This document shows, in pieces, positions 7,978-10,192 of a stretch of DNA of 10,192 nucleotides; within the stretch, counting starts at the first letter, position 1; every line of letters begins with the position of its first letter. The DNA is from a virus. Lineage: Duplodnaviria; Heunggongvirae; Uroviricota; Caudoviricetes. The position numbers and the translations under genes were made by a program. The notes beneath the pieces are model-generated. The model worked only from the letters and a program-made list of their open reading frames with translations, had not been told where the DNA came from and did not search any database. The stretch lies in the IMG/VR virus record IMGVR_UViG_2547132077_000007. One strand, given 5' to 3'.

Positions 7978-8859
7978 TCAGCGTCCTGAATCGGTATACC
8001 CCCATACAAAACCAGGTTGGACACTAAGGTCTGATAGCTTTTCAATCCCCACCTGTGGAATGAAGTCGGTAGCCCGAAAGGGCACCCACAGACGGGTATA
8101 CGCACCCTCTGTGGACTCCTTTTTATCCTGGTTTGGGCATTTATGCGGCGGGAGACGAAGACGCATTTCACCTTTATCGATGTAGCACGGTAATCCATGT
8201 TCGAGCTTTTCATGAGCCAGTCGGATGTTTGCCGCCAGCTTCATAAATTCAGTATCAATGGCCATCCGTTTAATCGTTTCATAACGACGCTCAGCCTGAT
8301 CTTCACGAGTACCGCTAACATCGTTATAAAGCTCACACTGATAAGCGAATTCCCAAAAACGCAAATCAACGATCGCTTCTTTGAATTCCGCGTCGTCTTC
8401 AGGTGGCAGTGCTGCACGGCGCATCTCCAGCATTTCCATTGCCCAGCCATCAAGCGGCACGATACGCCATTGATAGGGTACGCCCTCTACAGACACCTCA
8501 ATATCGTCAATGAACGGTTCCGCTTCCAAGACCTGGATATCTTCAGCCAGAGCATTCATATCGCAATCGTAATAATGCTCTTTACCGCAATGTTTACAGG
8601 TGTAGGTGAATGTCTCGACCGGTGTTTCACGGGAGCCGGTAAATATCCACCATAACGAGGTAATTCGGTCCTGCGCCGTCCATGTCAGGGGATCATGTTT
8701 CGCGGGTTCAGCCAGCAAGGCTTTTAAATACGCCGTTGTCTGTTGTTCTTGTTCCTCCGGTGTTATCGAGTTGAAACGCATCGCATCAGCAATATTTGGC
8801 TGACGGAACTGGATCAATTCAGTTGGTCGCGATGGTAGCGGGAAAAGAGGTAAAAGCAT
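7978..8859 (-). CDS. Putative tail morphogenesis protein with a Cys/His cluster (293 aa); position of P1 pmgB if the synteny holds
   Basis: ATG at 8859 with a perfect AAGGAG Shine-Dalgarno (8865-8870) at 5-nt spacing; TGA at 7978-7980. Contains C88-x2-C91-x3-H95-x3-C99 (TYTCKHCGKEHYYDCD) and a later HGLPC...HKC segment (C225, C241). Function unknown. Confidence 0.5.
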   Translation of the reverse strand: MLLPLFPLPSRPTELIQFRQPNIADAMRFNSITPEEQEQQTTAYLKALLAEPAKHDPLTWTAQDRITSLWWIFTGSRETPVETFTYTCKHCGKEHYYDCDMNALAEDIQVLEAEPFIDDIEVSVEGVPYQWRIVPLDGWAMEMLEMRRAALPPEDDAEFKEAIVDLRFWEFAYQCELYNDVSGTREDQAERRYETIKRMAIDTEFMKLAANIRLAHEKLEHGLPCYIDKGEMRLRLPPHKCPNQDKKESTEGAYTRLWVPFRATDFIPQVGIEKLSDLSVQPGFVWGYTDSGR

Positions 8860-8864
8860 CCTTG

Positions 8865-8870
8865 CTCCTT
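8865..8870 (-). promoter_or_regulatory. Shine-Dalgarno (AAGGAG) of the 293-aa gene
   Basis: Perfect AAGGAG 5 nt upstream of the ATG at 8859, sitting in the 14-nt gap after the stop of the 203-aa gene. Confidence 0.7.
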
Positions 8871-8873
8871 AAT

Positions 8874-9485
8874 TCAAAGAGAAAAGCTAAAGCCCAGAAG
8901 GGAAGCCAAAGAACTTGAGGATTGGTTAAACGTGCTGTGCAATGCGAAGGTCATTGGGAATGACTTAAATTCAGTAACCTGATCCCGCGCATAGGTGACA
9001 TCGCCGGTAGTGACCGGGAATACCGTCATCTCATTTTCCAGTTTGGTTAAACCGGAAGACAGCAACCGATAAATACGCGCATTGAGCAAATATTTAGACG
9101 GTATATTCACGGTGCCGTCAGGATTGATCACCCGACTTTTTGCCGTATTAAACCAGTCAAAAACAAGGCCATCACCGGTATCCCTGACCATCATTGTTAT
9201 CTGCCCAGGAGAACGCTCCGTTGGCTGAAGGATATTCCCTCCGCCGATTTTAATCGTTTCATATTCGATGCTGTAATCGTGGTAGGTAATGTCTTTGGCA
9301 AAGAAGTCTGCCCCCTCCAGTCCATCAACTTCGACAGAGAACTGCCATCCTTGCGCGAACAGCATTTTGTTCATGATGATTGACGTCAGCTTACCAACTT
9401 CCCGCTCACCAACGCCGGAGCCAAATAATGTCGTCGTTAATGCCGAAGATACATAAGACTTTACTGATGCAACATTAAGTCCCAT
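8874..9485 (-). CDS. Putative tail tube or tail structural protein (203 aa); position of P1 tub if the synteny holds
   Basis: Complete ORF with ATG at 9485, preceded by GAGG 8 nt upstream; TGA stop at 8874-8876 lies 14 nt before the next start. The size and composition are compatible with a myovirus tube protein, but no diagnostic motif was recognised. Assignment is by position two genes upstream of the tape-measure-like gene. Confidence 0.4.
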   Translation of the reverse strand: MGLNVASVKSYVSSALTTTLFGSGVGEREVGKLTSIIMNKMLFAQGWQFSVEVDGLEGADFFAKDITYHDYSIEYETIKIGGGNILQPTERSPGQITMMVRDTGDGLVFDWFNTAKSRVINPDGTVNIPSKYLLNARIYRLLSSGLTKLENEMTVFPVTTGDVTYARDQVTEFKSFPMTFALHSTFNQSSSSLASLLGFSFSL

Positions 9486-9495
9486 ATCAACGACC

Positions 9496-10103
<608 letters not shown>

Positions 10104-10138
10104 TAGTCATTTGTCCATTGAGTGGGAATATCACACAA

Positions 10139-10168
10139 TCAGGTTGCTTTGAGTCAGGTTGTTTTGAG
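10139..10168. repeat. Two tandem 15-bp direct repeats (TCAGGTTGCTTTGAG / TCAGGTTGTTTTGAG) in the upstream non-coding region
   Basis: Adjacent copies at 10139-10153 and 10154-10168 differ at a single position. They lie about 35-65 bp upstream of the inverted repeat in the leader of the first gene. Confidence 0.6.
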
Positions 10169-10192
10169 TAAAACAATAAAACGCCCTTTAAT

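Noticed and set aside
7963-7992. Weak inverted repeat (GATTCAG...CTGAATC, 7-bp arms, 16-nt loop) spanning the stop codon of the 293-aa gene
   Set aside because: Short stem with a large loop, no U-tract and a low predicted stability; it is within the range expected by chance.
7908-8453. Long open +1 frame overlapping the 3' end of the 293-aa gene, and an AAAAAG run at 8116-8127, as a programmed frameshift like tail-chaperone G/GT
   Set aside because: The overlapping frame is +1, not the usual -1. A -1 slip at the A-run would add only about 25 residues before a stop. No canonical slippery heptamer with upstream Shine-Dalgarno and downstream structure was seen, and K-K codon pairs are common by chance.
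10139-10168. Tandem 15-bp repeats as a CRISPR array or tRNA-like element
   Set aside because: Only two directly adjacent copies with no spacers and no cas genes; no cloverleaf-compatible structure was seen.

Overview
The window is a single co-directional block of phage virion genes, all on the minus strand, read from coordinate 10062 down to 1. It contains nine tightly packed CDSs: three tail/morphogenesis proteins (188, 203 and 293 aa), a 1130-aa tape-measure-like protein with an internal lytic transglycosylase (SLT) domain, four baseplate-type proteins (118, 477, 278 and 144 aa), and the N-terminal 452 codons of a tail-fibre protein that runs off the left edge. Gene sizes, order, the SLT-bearing giant protein and about 47-50% GC match what I recall of the phage P1 sit/baseplate/tail-fibre region (pmgC-tub-pmgB-sit-pmgA-bplA-16-R-S), so this is most likely a P1-like myovirus or phage-plasmid. 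That assignment rests on recalled motifs and synteny, not on a search. I see no tRNA, rRNA, CRISPR array, IS element, integrase or obvious defence/cargo gene, and nothing that looks like a novel multi-gene system. The features worth a second look are regulatory and architectural: an 11-bp perfect inverted repeat over the ribosome-binding site of the first gene, two tandem 15-bp direct repeats upstream of it, a very stable GC-rich hairpin in the only internal intergenic gap before the tail-fibre operon, two 74-codon tandem repeats inside the tail-fibre gene, a chain of overlapping stop/start codons, and strong GC swings inside single genes. All plus-strand ORFs in the supplied track are antisense to these genes and are judged spurious.
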